Positions 63,976 through 64,000 of a DNA stretch of 64,000 nucleotides are shown here, in pieces. Under the pieces are notes generated by a model. The model saw only the letters and a program-made list of their open reading frames with translations, had not been told where the DNA came from and did not search any database. Source of the stretch: Octopus vulgaris (taxonomy: Eukaryota); contig OX597814.1 in the NCBI GenBank assembly GCA_951406725.2, forward strand, positions 8,494,001 through 8,558,000, read 5' to 3'. The translations under genes were made by a program, and so were the position numbers. The stretch's first letter is position 1. Each line of letters starts with the position of its first letter.

Positions 63976-64000
63976 GTAAGTATCAATCATATGATATTGA

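Overview
AT-rich, repeat-dense animal genomic DNA. The SINE and LINE families look like those of coleoid cephalopods (Octopus-like; recalled, not searched). The whole window lies inside one + strand spliced gene resembling PARP14/macro-PARP: an RRM-like exon (1243-1476), a ~1.47 kb exon with KH-like segments and the start of a degenerate macro domain (23020-24490), then a tandemly duplicated four-exon macrodomain module (32822-44354, restarting at 63351 and running off the window). The best signal is between the two module copies: the shared ~280 nt intron is ~98% identical, but the 228 nt macro exon differs at 21 nt, giving 15 amino-acid changes and only 1 purely synonymous codon (hand count). 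This suggests diversifying selection and/or intron-restricted gene conversion in an expanding macrodomain array. The introns also contain a 12.2 kb, 115-bp satellite derived from a SINE 3' end that directly abuts the large exon, many R4/Dong-like RLE retrotransposons associated with (TAA)n, RTE LINE pieces, SINEs, Helitron-like elements, a mariner relic, a Penelope GIY-YIG relic and microsatellites. All coordinates and counts were made by eye; no PARP catalytic domain is visible in the window.
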